64,000 bases of DNA from the NCBI GenBank assembly GCA_000002445.1, contig CH464491.1, positions 4,480,001 to 4,544,000 on the forward strand, given 5' to 3'. Below, one piece after another: positions 35,161 to 48,399 of this stretch (position 1 is the first letter of the stretch; the number at the start of each line of letters is the position of its first letter). The position numbers and the translations under genes are program-made. The DNA is from Trypanosoma brucei (Eukaryota). Under the pieces are notes generated by a model. The model saw only the letters and a program-made list of their open reading frames with translations, was not told the origin of the DNA and did no database searches.

Positions 35161-35354
35161 TCCTAATATCCATAAAATTAACAAATGTATAAATTAGAGT
35201 AGCATTCTTTTTTCGCACCGCATCATCATAGTAATTTGCACTGACAAAACACTTCCATATAAATATTTCAAAAATACACATCTTCATCAAAAATTTTTAT
35301 AATATATCAAATTTTAACAAATCTTAATTATTTTCATAAAATTGAGCAAAAATA

Positions 35355-36892
35355 CTTAAAATTATACAAACTTACCGACGCACAAATCGAAGCGAATTTC
35401 TTATTAACAAGAAAGTTGAAATATTTGGAAGAATTATTTCCCATTTGCAGCCGTGATCCTTTCCAGAATCACTTTCTGTTTTCGCTGCACATTTCTTCTT
35501 TTTCTTTTCTTCCCCTTTGCCCTTCTCCACCGCCACGCAATTATCACCTTTTAATTCGTATCCTTCTGTTGTTTTGCATTTGTCCTCGTATGTTATTGCT
35601 TGACACTTGTTGACTTCCGCTGAAGGCGTGATTGTGGGCTTGCTTGTTGATTCCGGCATTGCCGTGTTGATTTTTCCTTCCAAGTAGGCAATAATTTTGG
35701 CAGCCTTTGGCCCGGATGCAAGGTCTGTCAGCTTGCCGTTTATTTTCTCATCTCCTATTTGAAAAGAGTGCTCTTTTGTTTTCGTCTATTCAACGACATC
35801 CTTGGAAAAGGCTTCCACCGTGGGGCCTAGCGCGGCTTTTATCAGGGCTTTGGTTTTGCCTTTATCATTGTCATCTTTTTCAAATGGTTGGTTAAGCTGG
35901 AGTGCTATTAGCGTAGCGATCTCGGAATCAGCTTCTATGTCGCTCTAGCTTCCCTGAAGTATTGACGCGGTGTCTAGTTTTGGCGCGTTCAACGCATTAC
36001 AAACAGCCCGCGCCACTTTTGCGGTTCCGAGTGAATCCCAGGGCAAGCTGTCCGTTTTTGCTTTGCATCCACCGCGTTTAGTTAGTGTGTCAAATATGTC
36101 AATATCCGCTGTCGCTTCTAACAGTGCGCCGGCGCTGCCTAGTTCTCCTAAGTATCTTCCATTTTTGGCGCTGCTGTCGGTGTCGACGAACCCTGGATGG
36201 CCTGAGAGTGCCCTGTGACCTTCTACTGGTGTGCCTTTTACAGCTGCTTTCAGTGTTATACTTGCTTGTTTCAATATTGCGTCGTTTATCATTTTTAGTT
36301 TGTAAATTTCATCCGCCTTGACGTCTGCTTGTTTGACTTTGTGGCCTGCCGTTAGATCGTCAATGTTGCAGTTGGCTCCTGTTTCGACTGTTGTCACGGC
36401 CGCTTTGTTCGTTGTCACTACTGTTGTTGTCGCTGGTGAAGCTTCGCTTGTTTCTTGCGTTGCCGTTCCTGGCTGTAGAGTTTTGATCCGTAGTTTTCGG
36501 CACATGATTAGCCTGTGCACCCTTGTCTTTAGTACCGTTGCCGCTGCTTCCAACTTTTGGTCGTAGTTTGGTAATTGTGTTAGTGCAGCCATTGCATTCG
36601 CTTCTTCGATGCTTGCTAGAGTACGCAGCCCGGCTGCTCTTTCTCTTCCGCCTTCCGCAGTGGCCAGTCTTAGTGCTGCGGCGGTTGCTGACAGCGTCAG
36701 AGCTACTGAAGTTCCTGATGTCGCTTGCTGTCTTGACATAGAATCCAGCGCTAGATCGTACCGGATTTCCCCACAGCTCTCTGTTACTTGTTGGCCGGCA
36801 TCGTGTACGCCATCTGTTGTTGCTGCGGTCGCGCTCCGGTGGAGAACCAATGCAGTCAGTAAAGTTACGTAGAGGGAAATGGATATGAACAT
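35355..36892 (-). pseudogene. VSG: VSG pseudogene: A-type N-terminal domain intact as a 315-aa ORF, C-terminal domain frameshifted.
   Basis: 35945-36892: MFISISLYVTLLTALVLHRSATAATT... with a long N-terminal domain. 35372-35683: CTD with CKWE. The GPI signal SSFLVNKKFASICASV is in a shifted frame. Confidence 0.8.
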
Positions 36893-38574
36893 TTTTGTTC
36901 TTGAGGTTTCTCTAGCGTTGTAGAGCGGTGTAATTTCTGTTAAATGCGATTTAGCTACTTGATTTGGTCGTTTTAAAAGTTTGGCTTTAGTCTACGGCGG
37001 TTTTGGAGCTGGTAGTTGCCGACCGCCGCGAGGTTAGTGATGGATCTGTTTTGCTCAAGATGAGGAAAAAAAAAGCGATTTTGTGAGTGTCCATTACGCT
37101 TCCAGTAGCATTGTTTGGTCAGTTGGCCGCTGCTATACGATGGCACTTGTATGCTTTGTGCGGCCTCTTTTATGCGATGCTGTTTTCTGGAAATGTTTAT
37201 GGTGAACATCCATATGAAGGCACTCATCGTTTGCGAATTTCCCTACAAAAACACTATCGATTCCCTCTTTTCTCCTGTTTCGTTATTAGAACCAGTTGAA
37301 TATCGCATATTAATAATCAGACCGCATTTTCGGTGGTATCTTCGCCGACATTCTGTGTTGTCTTGCTGAAGACTGTCTATACAAAAGTTCAGTTATTATT
37401 TTTTTGTTACTTTTCTTAACCATTTTTCTGTGGAGGCCACCGTTTTTCTTTTTGATTTCGCCATGAATCTCATTTACTTCGCCACAACCACGCATGCTGA
37501 CGCTACTCAGTGGTCTAATAGTGCCTTTTTCGTATAAGATACAGTAAATATGGGTCGCTTTCTGTTGCGCGGTTCCTTGTTTCTTTCAAAGTAATCGGTG
37601 TAGGCCCTGATTGAACTATACTGGGATGTGAATAGTATATTTCGCTGGGCCTCTCTCGTATTTTTGCCCGCCGTTAGTGCCACGCTTAATTTATAACTCC
37701 GCAGAAAACTGTCTGCAGAAGGGGCTGAAATTGTGATCAGTAAAGGCCACGCTTGACAAGTTTCTCTCTATCTTTTTAAAAATAGATTCATTTGCGCTTC
37801 TATTATGCCAACTCCTTCTGATCTACTAAATTTCTCATTGATCTTTAATTTTCATTTCTTCAGTTGGCTATGTTATAGAAAAAAACAAAACACTTATTTC
37901 TAACTAATAACATTTCCAATCTACATGAGTGCGCGGTTCACAGAAACTAACATTTTTTACACTCTCTTATGATGAAATCAATATATTATTACTGCTGTTC
38001 CTCTAGCAATTAGAATAATCCTTGCATCTTCTGCTAGTCTTACTAAATATTGCGTTAGTATATACACTTGCCGAAGAATCGGGTTCAATATTTAGCTGCT
38101 CGTTTCAATTCTCTTCCACACACGTGTGAATAACGAAGATGGACACATTTTTATACACATGAAACTGCATTATTCATTTTTATTCTATGTGGTAGACTGC
38201 TGTACCTCAATTACAGTGCTTTAAGTGATAATAGCGCATTTTCCAAAGAGTTCTAAAAAAATATTCGCAACACTACTTTTAAATATCTTGTACTTACAAT
38301 GCTTCTTTGTGTTAGTTGAAATAAATCCATTTGGCATACACACTGGATTTTCTGTATCCACCTCATTGGTCCCCCCATTATTATTCTTGTGTATGATCAG
38401 TCCATTGCTATGATGTCATTTGTAACTGCTTACATGCTAACTGCTCCTTTTTTAACAATAATTCTCGTGTTATTTCCCCGCCGGAACCACTATCGCACTC
38501 ACTTCTATTGGTCCAATTTCAATCTTTATTTTTTTGCCTCTATTTAGAATTCCAATTTAATGTCAGCATATACT

Positions 38575-38660
38575 ATTATAATATTAGTATATACACACTC
38601 ACAACGCTCTCTTATAATTGTTATAATAATTATTCATTGATATTATTGTCATAACCGTAA
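38575..38660 (-). repeat. 70-bp-repeat unit.
   Basis: atattagtatatacacactcacaacgctctcttataattgttataataattatt. Confidence 0.7.
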
Positions 38661-38981
38661 GTAATATTCATGAAATAAGTTAAATTAAAATATTTTCATG
38701 ATATCATTCATTTTGAATACCATGTCACTTTACTTATACTTTTTCCCCGTAAGCCATTACCATATACAATTTACAAATTTCATATTTTTAAAAAATTTTC
38801 ACATTTCCAACGAAAAGTTTTAAAGTCTATATCAAATTTTACAAAACTTTCTCAAAATACTAAATTTTACAAATTTCATAAGATTTAGCAAAAATCCTTA
38901 TAAAGATAGAATGCCACCGCACTCACAAAAGCATTAACCGTATTTACAGCAATTATTTATTTACAAAGAAGTAAAAGAGCG

Positions 38982-40621
38982 TTACTCCGGCTTGGGAAGC
39001 TTTCCAGTATCATCAGCATAATCAATCAAACTACATACTGCTTTCTGACCAGGTTTTACATCTTCGTTTTCCGCTTTACAGGCTTGCTGGGTTTTGTGTT
39101 TACTGCAATCTAACCCCGGTACTTGTCTCTTCTGTTTCTGCTGCGTTTTCTGTTCCTGGTTTAGGTTTGCATTTCTTGCCATCTTCGGCTTTCTCATCAT
39201 AGTCGCAGTGCTCGCTTGGGCATTCTGCGGCGGTTGTGTTTTGTGGCTTGCATTTGCTGCCATGCTATGTTGTTGGCTTGTTGACTGGCTTTGCAGGCGC
39301 CGAAACCATAGCTGCGTTTATTAAATCCTTCATTAACAAAACTTCTTCCATTTGCCTTTCTACGTTTTGTGCCGCTATTACCAGGTTTTCAAGTTTTTGC
39401 CTTTGGTGGTCTAATCTTATTAGGTCTGTTGCAGCTTTCGTTGCTTTTGCGACCCACGGAATTTCTTTTCCTGGTTTTCGTACTGCGGAATAATCAATGC
39501 AGACGCCCATGCCGGCTGCAGACCAGTCGGTTGTTGTGGAAGTGCATGCTGGTGCTGTGCTGCCATACACGAAAACACCGTAAAAATTGCCGACTTTTGC
39601 TGCGCCGTTTGCAGCGCTTGTTACTGTTGCGATTTTTATCATGTTTTTTCCCAGTCTTGCCTTGAAGTCTGCAATTGATGCCAGTATTAAATGAGCCCTC
39701 TGTGCTAGAGTATTACCTACTGGGCTTTCTTTGCAGAGTTTTAGTGTTGCTTTCCAGTCGCTGATGACGACAGAGGTTGGCTTGTTTGTGCTGTGGTCTG
39801 TGCTGGTAAGGGTTGAAGTTTGGCAAAATGTGTGTCCGCCGTTTTTTTTTGGCGAAGCATATGCACAACATGTCCGTTGCAAGTGCCATACCAGCTTTTT
39901 TTGGCGTTTGGTCCGCTTCTGCGCAGTTAGCGTCCCGGTCGGCGGTTCCGTCCCAGGGTAACGTTTCTGCTGTAAGTTCTGCTGCTGGCGAATATGCCGT
40001 CATCGTTTGTGCCGCCATCGCCTTAAGCTGGTCTCCGGTTGCTGCTTGCATGAGCTTGAGTCTGGCTTCCTTTGTGTCTGCGATTAACTCCTCCTCATTT
40101 TCTGTGAACTTTGTGTGAATTTCGAGTAGTTTTTTGTACAGATGTGCTATTGGGTTGCGGAGGGCGTTTTTGGTTCTGGGGCTTAGAGGTGTTTGGTAGG
40201 TTCGGCTGAATCCTTGCTTTCCGCTGTCGGTTCCAAGTACCTCTTTGTAGAGTTGTCGAAGTTTTTTGAGGTCGCCATCATTTTCCAACTTTAAGTATCC
40301 TTTCTTGTCGGCATCGTTATCGACATCTTTTTTCGTTTTGTATTTCTCCGTGTTTCTGAAAACTACGTCCACCGGTTCCTCGGCGACTGTTAGATTTAGC
40401 TTGAGTGCTCTGTTTAGGACTTGAGACATTGTGTCATGTGGCGCCTGGTCTGTCGACGATGCTGATGGTTCCTGAATTTTTTGTTCTGGCAGTGGTTCTG
40501 TTAAAAGCTTGTATATTGTGCACAACTGAGCTATTTCAACCTGATTCTCGTCTGTTGCGTCATTAATTTGACTGTTTAAGGCGACAAAAAGTAGCAGAGC
40601 TACGGCGAAACCTCTATTCAT
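38982..40621 (-). pseudogene. VSG: VSG pseudogene: N-terminal domain in two overlapping frames plus CTD.
   Basis: 39713-40621: MNRGFAVALLLFVALNSQINDATDENQVEIAQLCTIYKLL.... 39265-39882: ...CIDYSAVRKPGK.... 38982-39263: the C-terminal lysine-rich region. Confidence 0.75.
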
Positions 40622-41989
40622 CTTCTGGGTATAAGTATCTCAACAATGATTAAAAAGTGAGGAAAATAATGCTGAAAAAACGCAAGGTTATTGGGTGTAG
40701 ATGGATCCAGCTTATGCAATCTGTAGAGGAAAAATTGGAAAACTTTGTCGCTGCATCCTCTTAGTGTATGAGTAAAAAGGAACGGGAATTAGCCGATGAA
40801 TTTCTATTTTTAATTCAAATACAGATTATTCCATATATATATATATATACACTGAATTTAGCTTCGAATATTAATGCATTGCAACGTATCTTTAAAAAAT
40901 AACATACATATTTCTACGATTAAATTTTCAAACCTTGCGCTTAGCTATCATTTTCTGCTGGCGGCAACTCAATACACGCTGTCATAATAACCAAGCAATA
41001 CCACTATATATTCCGGTCATGAATGACTCTTTGTTTCTGAGTATTATCATCTTGCACTTCTTTGGGTCTATAGCGTTTAGCACTGAGCAGTGTAGCTGGT
41101 AAATTACATTTTTGTAGCTTTGGTTTATAAAACCGATCTTTTAGCTGTGCATCAGCATCAAATCTTATGTTAAATAACAGCTTATCGAAGGGCCGTAGTG
41201 TTTGTCAGCATACCTATACGGATTTTGGAAAGTGTAACTATTGATTCTCTATCCTTTGTAAAAATTCTTCATTAGTTCATGTTGGTCATTTCAGGTAGTT
41301 TTCAAGTTTTTACTTTTTTTTCTGTCCAGGGTAATATATTACTAATTCTAGTTTAAAATCAACCTCCAAATAATATTATATTACTTAACTCAAACCTTCA
41401 CGCGTATTGCTGTATATGGTAATAAGAGTTCAATTTCACTTCATACTTGTTCAATCCATTTTTCTGCTTCTGCTTCTTAATTTTCTTGTTTGGAGATGAA
41501 TGCTAAAATTCACAATCACATTAAATATAACAGAAGCAGCATTATCTTCGAAGTTTTTTCTAACCATTCCAGCCCGCAGTACAGTGCATCATCGTGTACC
41601 CTACGCCGTTGTATACTACTTTACTCCCCGCCATTTTGAGTATTCCATTTATTTTTCTCCGTATTCTATTTCCTTTCTGGTCTTCTGTAATAATTGCTTC
41701 GGTTAGTGTTTTGACTTCTTTTTGTCCATAAAATAGACTCTGGTTCTTTCCTGTTGTCTCCTTTTTCTCATTCTTATGATCACGTATTCAATCATTATAT
41801 TTGTATTTGAAACTGCGAATATTTCTTCATTCCCTTCCATTTCCCTCTTTGTGGATTTGCTTGCTTTTAAAAATATTCTTCATGCTGTAATATTTCCTTA
41901 CCCAGCAACTTCCATTATACCATTTTCGTTGGTTAGAGTACATTTGATCGCCAGCCATTTAGTCACCACAACCACCGCTCAAAATATTA

Positions 41990-42060
41990 AAATATTAGTA
42001 TATACACACTTACAACACACTCCTATTATTACTATTATTATTTATTATTTATTATTGATA
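41990..42060 (-). repeat. 70-bp-repeat unit.
   Basis: ttagtatatacacacttacaacacactcctattattactattatt. Confidence 0.7.
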
Positions 42061-42400
42061 ATACTGTAATAATTCTAATTAATATCCATAGAATAGACAA
42101 AATAAATAAAATTATAATTTAACTTATTTTTCATACTATATCTCCTTACTACTTGATATCGATAGACACTATGATATATATTTTACTGTAATTTTAGATT
42201 TTACAGTTTTTGGTTATCCACATTTTGCAAAGAATTTACAAAAGTGTTAAAATATATTAAATTTTATAAATTTTACCGAAGTCTATCAAGCACGAAAATT
42301 TCATATAACTTCATAAATTGAGAAAAAATCCATAAAGTGATAAAATACTGAAATTATACTGGTTTTATAAGGGAAGCAGTAATCAGAGCGAATTTTTTAT

Positions 42401-43931
42401 TTACAAGATAACTGGAGTCAAAGCATTTAATTTTTTTTGCTTTTTCATCCTCTTTATCTTTCCCACACTCCATACACAATGCTTTTTGGCATCCTTGTTT
42501 ACTGCCTCACATTCCGGTTGTGTGGTAATTTTTTCTGCAGTCAGATTTCCCATCTTTCCAGCCTGTTTCTTTATTTGCTTACTCTGCTGCTTTTTGTTTG
42601 TCTTTTTCACTTAGCATGCACCTTTTTTTTCATCATTTTATTCCTTATCCCATATGCAAGGTTTTCACATTTTTTTCCTTTGTTAAGCTTTTTTCATTAT
42701 ACTTTGGCTTCTGAGCTCTGATCACTTGAATCGGTGGACCCTGAATCCCTTCTGTTGTCGGATTCTGCGCTGCTTGGACTGTTAGGGCCGCACGTGGAAC
42801 AGGGTGCGCTCGCTTCTTCAGCGCCTTCATGCTTGCTTCAAGCGCATTGTGCCTTGCGATGGACTACTCTTGCTGATACAGTTCGCTAGGTCTCCTAGAT
42901 CGTCCAGCCCATGGATCTTGTCTGCGTAGTTGCTGGCCGCATGTACCGTATCTGGTGAATTTTCCACATGCGCCACTGCTATTTTGACCATCACGGTCGC
43001 TGCCGTGGATCACGCCATAGTAGCCATGGCTGTTTATGACCTTAATAGCGTTACGTATGTTGTGTGCTAGCTGACTCACCGCTGCCGAGGTTGCTTGGAA
43101 TACCTTGCGGTGAAGACAGTGGCCAAAAACTTCGCCAAACTCCCGTTTCCAGTCCGGGGCTGAAGCGTCTGTCCAGGCGTTGGTCATAGTCTGCTTTCGG
43201 AAGCAAGGTGTGGCTAGGTTGGCTCTGCTGTCCTTGACACATATACAGAACATTACCGCGGCTGCGCTCGTGGCCTTTTGGCCCTCACAGTCTGTGGTTC
43301 GCGAGTTGGTTGCACCATTTAACGCTTTGGTTTCATCAAAGGTGTTATCAGTGGCTTTGGCTCCGTAAAATTTTTGAATTAAGATCGCTTTCACGCTTTG
43401 TTTATTCTGTGTGTTTGCTGTTTCCTGATCAGCTGTTATCTGAGCTCGCAGCTCCACCGCTTCGGCCAGTGCTGTGGTTACGAGTAGCCAAGCCTGGTCA
43501 GCTTGCTCTGCGGTTAGTTTTCCTTGCCTCACGCCTTTTAATTCTGGTATAATGTTGTCTGTAGAGGTAAGCCGTTTGTGTGCCGAAATCCATGCTGTCC
43601 AGTGTGTCTTCCAGCTGTCGTCTATTTCCCCTGGAGTTAGTGAATAGTTTTTGGCCACTTCTGCCCAGTCAGATGTTTCTTTTCCCAGGGCTAGTTTTGT
43701 GAACCATGAAGGTGGTGCGAAGGTTAGATTGAGGTCCTGCAAAGATGCCAAGCTATCGTCCTCGTCGACCGCCCGTTTCGGCAACTCGATGTCCGCATTG
43801 GCTGCTGCGCCTATAGCACACAAATGGTTGAAATAGATATGGTTCTCCGTTGGATCAACGTTTCCAGCGGCGTGCTTTGTTGCTAAAACAGCAATGAACG
43901 TCGCTGCTGCTATCTTATTGAGCGAAATCAT
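42401..43931 (-). pseudogene. VSG: VSG pseudogene: B-type N-terminal domain as a 355-aa ORF, CTD in other frames.
   Basis: MISLNKIAAATFIAVLATKHAAG...AAVMFCICVKDSRANLATPCF.... The C-terminal fragments 42645-42830 and 42401-42610 are in different frames. Confidence 0.8.
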
Positions 43932-44634
43932 TCGTGCAGTTTGATTTGTTCCCTGTCTTGTGCTACAAAGAGTTGAACAACGTAGAGAAAGTAACGAAAC
44001 CGCTGACTCTGTATACGCAACATTACCGAAGTATTACCTGCTTGTTAGAAATGGAGCCGGTACTGGAGTGCCACCTCCGTGGTGTCGCTTTAAGTCTTTG
44101 CAGCTTGGGCCTGCCGTTACGCTTGCCTGCTCTCCGATCGCGGTGGTATTTTCCATAAATTTTAAATTCTGTTATCTCTTTTACATTAGTTATTTTCTAT
44201 CCCGGCGTCACGTCTTATGTGTAGAGATTACTTCTTTATCCTCTGAAAAACCGACCGAAAATAAAACTCACTCATATTCTATAAATGAACATTGTATTAT
44301 GAGCTTTCTGCTTATGATTATCATCTTTTTTCTCTATCACATTAAAAACTACAGACAAAACTCTCATCTTTACAGTAGGGTCTATCCTTTTTTAGTGAAA
44401 TGTGTTATACAAATTCCTCCTCTATCTTTTCCTTTTGTGCTGCTTTGGTGCATAATCTGTCATTTCATTCACCATTTTCTCTTCTTTCTTTTCTCGAGTA
44501 CGGCTTTTCCACGCAAGATCTGTCACTAAAAAACTCTTTCATTCCTTTTCGCACACCGATTGATATTCAAACGCAATTCAAACACTTCTGTTGCTTTAAT
44601 TTCAACTTTGATCACGGATTTGCCTCACATACCT

Positions 44635-44700
44635 TGCAATAATAACCAACACTCATAACACACTTCTCTCATTATCATTATTATCACTATAACAACCTTA
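44635..44700 (-). repeat. 70-bp-repeat unit.
   Basis: aataaccaacactcataacacacttctctcattatcattattatcac. Confidence 0.65.
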
Positions 44701-44992
44701 AATAATATCCTTGAAGTCAAAAAAATAAACCAAATCAGAATAGCGCAAATTTTTCACATTATATTACTCTATACCTTTACACTTATAGTGCACTCTTACA
44801 TCAAATTTTCACTTTTAATCGAAAAGTTTTGATTTTATCAAATTTTATCAAACATTCTCAGATTTATCTAATTATCTGAAAAAACAAAATTACATAATTT
44901 TCAAAAAAAGTGAGCAAAATCCTTAAAATAATAAAGCTCTACAGAACTAATATAAGAAAAAATCAGAGAAATTTTTCTTATTGACAAGAATA

Positions 44993-45304
44993 CTACCGTT
45001 TCGGATTTTTTTCTGTAACATCTTCACCATGTTTACCCTTTCCAAATGCACAATTTTGTTTGTCATCTGCTTTGTCATTTTCCCAACTCGTTTTATCACC
45101 ATGTTGCTTACAGTTAGAGTACGTTGCCCCCTCTAGTTGCTCTTCTGCTCCTGCTGCTGCATTTTCTGCTCCTAGTTTATGTTTGCATTCCCCTTTTCCA
45201 TCTTTTTCTTCCAATTTGCAACCTTTGTTTGTGCAGGTCGTGTTTGTTTTGTGGTCATTGCAGCCTGGTCTATGAAGCTCTGTCGCACCTTCCTGTGCGG
45301 TCAT
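44993..45304 (-). pseudogene. VSG: Orphan VSG C-terminal-domain fragment with no N-terminal domain upstream.
   Basis: ...CTNKGCKLEEKDGKGECKHKLGAENAAAGAEE...CKQHGDKTSWENDKADDKQNCAFGKGKHGEDVTEKNPKR is the cysteine/lysine-rich VSG CTD type. The sequence upstream on this strand is telomere-hexamer-like and A-rich, not a VSG N-terminal domain. Confidence 0.6.
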
Positions 45305-45584
45305 TGAAGAGAAGCACCTCGCAAAGCGCAGAGCTGAAATTCACAAAAGAAAAATTATGGTGCTGTGTAACGATGCGTGAGTAAAAACGAATATGAGAAA
45401 AATTCAAGTGAAGATGGCCGGCCGCTAAATAAGGATAAGGATGGGCACCAAAAAACGTTGTATTGCTAAACAAATTAAAAATATATTGTAAATAAACAAT
45501 AAAAAAGAAATTAAATAAAAAGAAATCCAAAAATTTTAAATAGTTAAAAAAACTAAGCACCACTGCAGAACTGTGGTCAAATAA

Positions 45585-45917
45585 GGGTTAGGGCGAGCAC
45601 CAAAAATGTTCTGCTGTATTACATAAAAAAATTAAAGTCGCGACGTTTCCCGACTGGTAAAAAAAAAACTTATTAGTAATGGGAGAAATAACCCTAACCC
45701 TAACACGCTCTAGAATTAGTTTCTTTTTTATATTTGACCGCAACTTCTGCTCTCTGCAGAGACAATCTCAAAAACCGAAAAAAAACGAAGGTAAGGAATT
45801 TTTTAAAATGCGCGAGATTTTATAAAATTCGCCAAAAGACACAAAAAAATAGAAAATCGATTAAAATATTGAAAAATCCTAACCCTTAAGCCTTTTTTTC
45901 TAAAAACCCAACCCTAA
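45585..45917. repeat. Degenerate interstitial telomere-repeat relic. TTAGGG orientation is at 45585-45593; CCCTAA orientation is at 45690-45704, 45878-45888 and 45907-45917. It lies within an A-rich low-complexity tract.
   Basis: gggttaggg; aaccctaaccctaac; cctaaccctta; cccaaccctaa read directly. Confidence 0.7.
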
Positions 45918-46076
45918 AAGTTCAAAAAAATCAACAAAAAAGGAGAAAAATTTTAGCTGCCGGAAAAAACTTACAGAGTCACAATTTTACAAAACCACAC
46001 TATTCCAGAGAACTTAAAGGTGTAAAAATATATCAGAGTAGCAAGAAATTTTTTAAAAAGAGGGAATAAAAATCTT

Positions 46077-47850
46077 TTAAAACAGAAAAACCACAAAGGC
46101 AGCAGCCATGAGAGCGAATTTATTATTTACAAGACAACAGGAATCCTTGCAAGTATTATTTTCCCATTTGCAGCCATCTTTCTCTCCTGTTTCTTGTTTT
46201 GCTTCTTTTCCTGCTTCCTTTTTTGCATTCTCGCCCAATGTGCATTTTCGGCTATTCCTTCCATCCTCTTTAAATATGCACCCCTTACCCTCAAGGTTTT
46301 TGCATTTATTTTGGTCATCTCCTGCTGCACTGCATTCTTTTTCGGCTTCTTGTTGTTTTAGTTTACTTGTGTCCCCCGTTTTTTTCGGTGACTTTGCTGT
46401 ACCGTCCGCGACTGCCGCTGACAGTGCTGTTAGGTGAAGATTCGATTCCAATGTTTCTTTGAATGTTTCTATTCTGGCTTCGGCAGCTACTGTAGCTTGT
46501 GCTTCTTTTTCGTATTTCTCAGCTGCTCCTGCTGCATTTTGGAGCTCTGCTAACCACGTCGGGAATGCTATTGTATTCGCGCCGCTTGTTAATGTTGCGC
46601 AGTCGCCTTTTCCTCCTGTGGCGTCGCCGTCGCAGTTACCTGCACCGGCGTTCGAGTCCGGGTGCCCTATATATCCGATTGTGCCATCGTTTCCTTTGGG
46701 TTCGTATATCAAGCTGTTTAGCTTGTTCGTCAGGTGTCTGAGTTCCTGCGCTGTCGCTGTTTGATGTGGTGCCGCTTCGCTTTTGCAGTTCTTTGCTATG
46801 ACGTCCCAGGCTGTGATAGCTGTGTTTTCGTTCCAGTCTGCTTGCGCGGTTGTTGCGGTCTTGTAGCATGCGGTGTTAGCGTTGTCGGATTTGCTTCCTG
46901 ACGCACACAGACAAGCTATAGTAATGCCGATCGAAAGTTTGGCTGAAGTCCCGCCCGTCGCTTTTGTTCCGCAGTGCGCCTGGCTGTCGCTTCCTGTGCC
47001 TAGTAGTTTCGGTTCTGGGTCTGTCCCTTCACCGCCTTACACTGCCTTTTTTAGGGCTGTAGCTATTTTCTGTTTTTTTGGCTGCAATGCTGCCCGCATC
47101 GAGTAGCTTCGCCTTTGTTGCTAGCAACTTGTTTAGAGTTGTGTTTAAGTTCCGGCTTAGCTGCGTTGGGTCTGTGGCTGCTCTTTTGAGTGCCGTTTGG
47201 CCTGCAGACGGCAAGCTCTTGAGGTAAGTGGATGCCGCTATACATTCTGCGCGACCGCTTCCACGGCACTTTTCCGTTATGTCGGTGTCCGGTGGTTGTT
47301 TCGACTGTTGTTCGGGTGGTGTTACGGCAAGTTTTTTTATTGCCAAGTAGTCACTTAGAATCAAAGATATGTGAGCAGCGGTTTCGGCTGCATTCTTTGC
47401 GTTTTTTTCATGCCTGTGGTAGGTCTTTAATGTTTTCTGAAGAGACAACTGCGGTGCACAATATGCCAAAGTTTTTCCTGTTTAGACCTTTTGCTGGGCC
47501 GGTTGCGGAGGCCGGTCTGAGCGACGACTGCAAGAGCGCTGCCATCGATATGGCTAAAGCAACCGCCGATTTGGCTATATCTCCTGGTTTCATTTTGTCG
47601 TTTCCCGTTGATGTCGTGGATATCCTATTGCTGCGGGTTGCGTGCTGTTGTTGTGCTTCTTGGTAGTGGCTCCCCTTTGATTCTTGAAGGTTGTGAAGTT
47701 TTTGTAATGCCACTTTCAGGTTCTTGTTTGTCGGCTTGCAGATTACCTTTTCTGGCCTTGTGCCCAGTTGCGGCCCCGCTGCCGTCTTTTGTTATCCTTA
47801 GCTTTCCTTCTCCAAGAGGTGTCAGTGGCAAACTCTGTGTATCCGAATCC
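46077..47850 (-). pseudogene. VSG: VSG pseudogene: complete CTD with GPI signal, N-terminal domain frameshifted.
   Basis: 46077-46712 ends ...GCKWENNTCKDSCCLVNNKFALMAAAFVVFLF*, a canonical CTD plus GPI-anchor signal. N-terminal fragments are at 46636-46869, 47029-47469 and 47408-47713 in other frames. Confidence 0.8.
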
Positions 47851-48216
47851 TATACTGCTAGTTCCTTTTTATGGAGTAAAGAAAAACTTATTCAGGCATA
47901 TACAATATGAGATTTTATTCACATTTTCTTAGGTGAGTTTTTTAAAATATAGTATTTATGAACATCCTGACACCATTTTTAATAAAAATGTGTTTTCGAC
48001 TTCACATAGCATAACAAATGATATTTAAGGTAAATAATTTTGTATCAACGGAGACAAGTGACTCACACATTAGGAAATGTAAATTATCACTATAAATAAT
48101 TTTGTTTTTCATATTTTCACCTTGAGTAAAGGTTTATGTTGGCATAAAAACCTACGGCCACCATGACCTAAATTTTTTTACAGAAAGATGTTACATACTT
48201 ATTCCAATCTATAGAA

Positions 48217-48257
<41 letters not shown>

Positions 48258-48399
48258 GCATCCACATACCTCCTCAGATTTGATTCTGTAATTATTACAA
48301 AAATATCACACATATCTTGTGCTTGAAAAATCATGTTGTATGGCTTCTAATCTGCTATATCTGTTGCTGAATACTTTCCTGTATACTCCTTGTTAGTAA

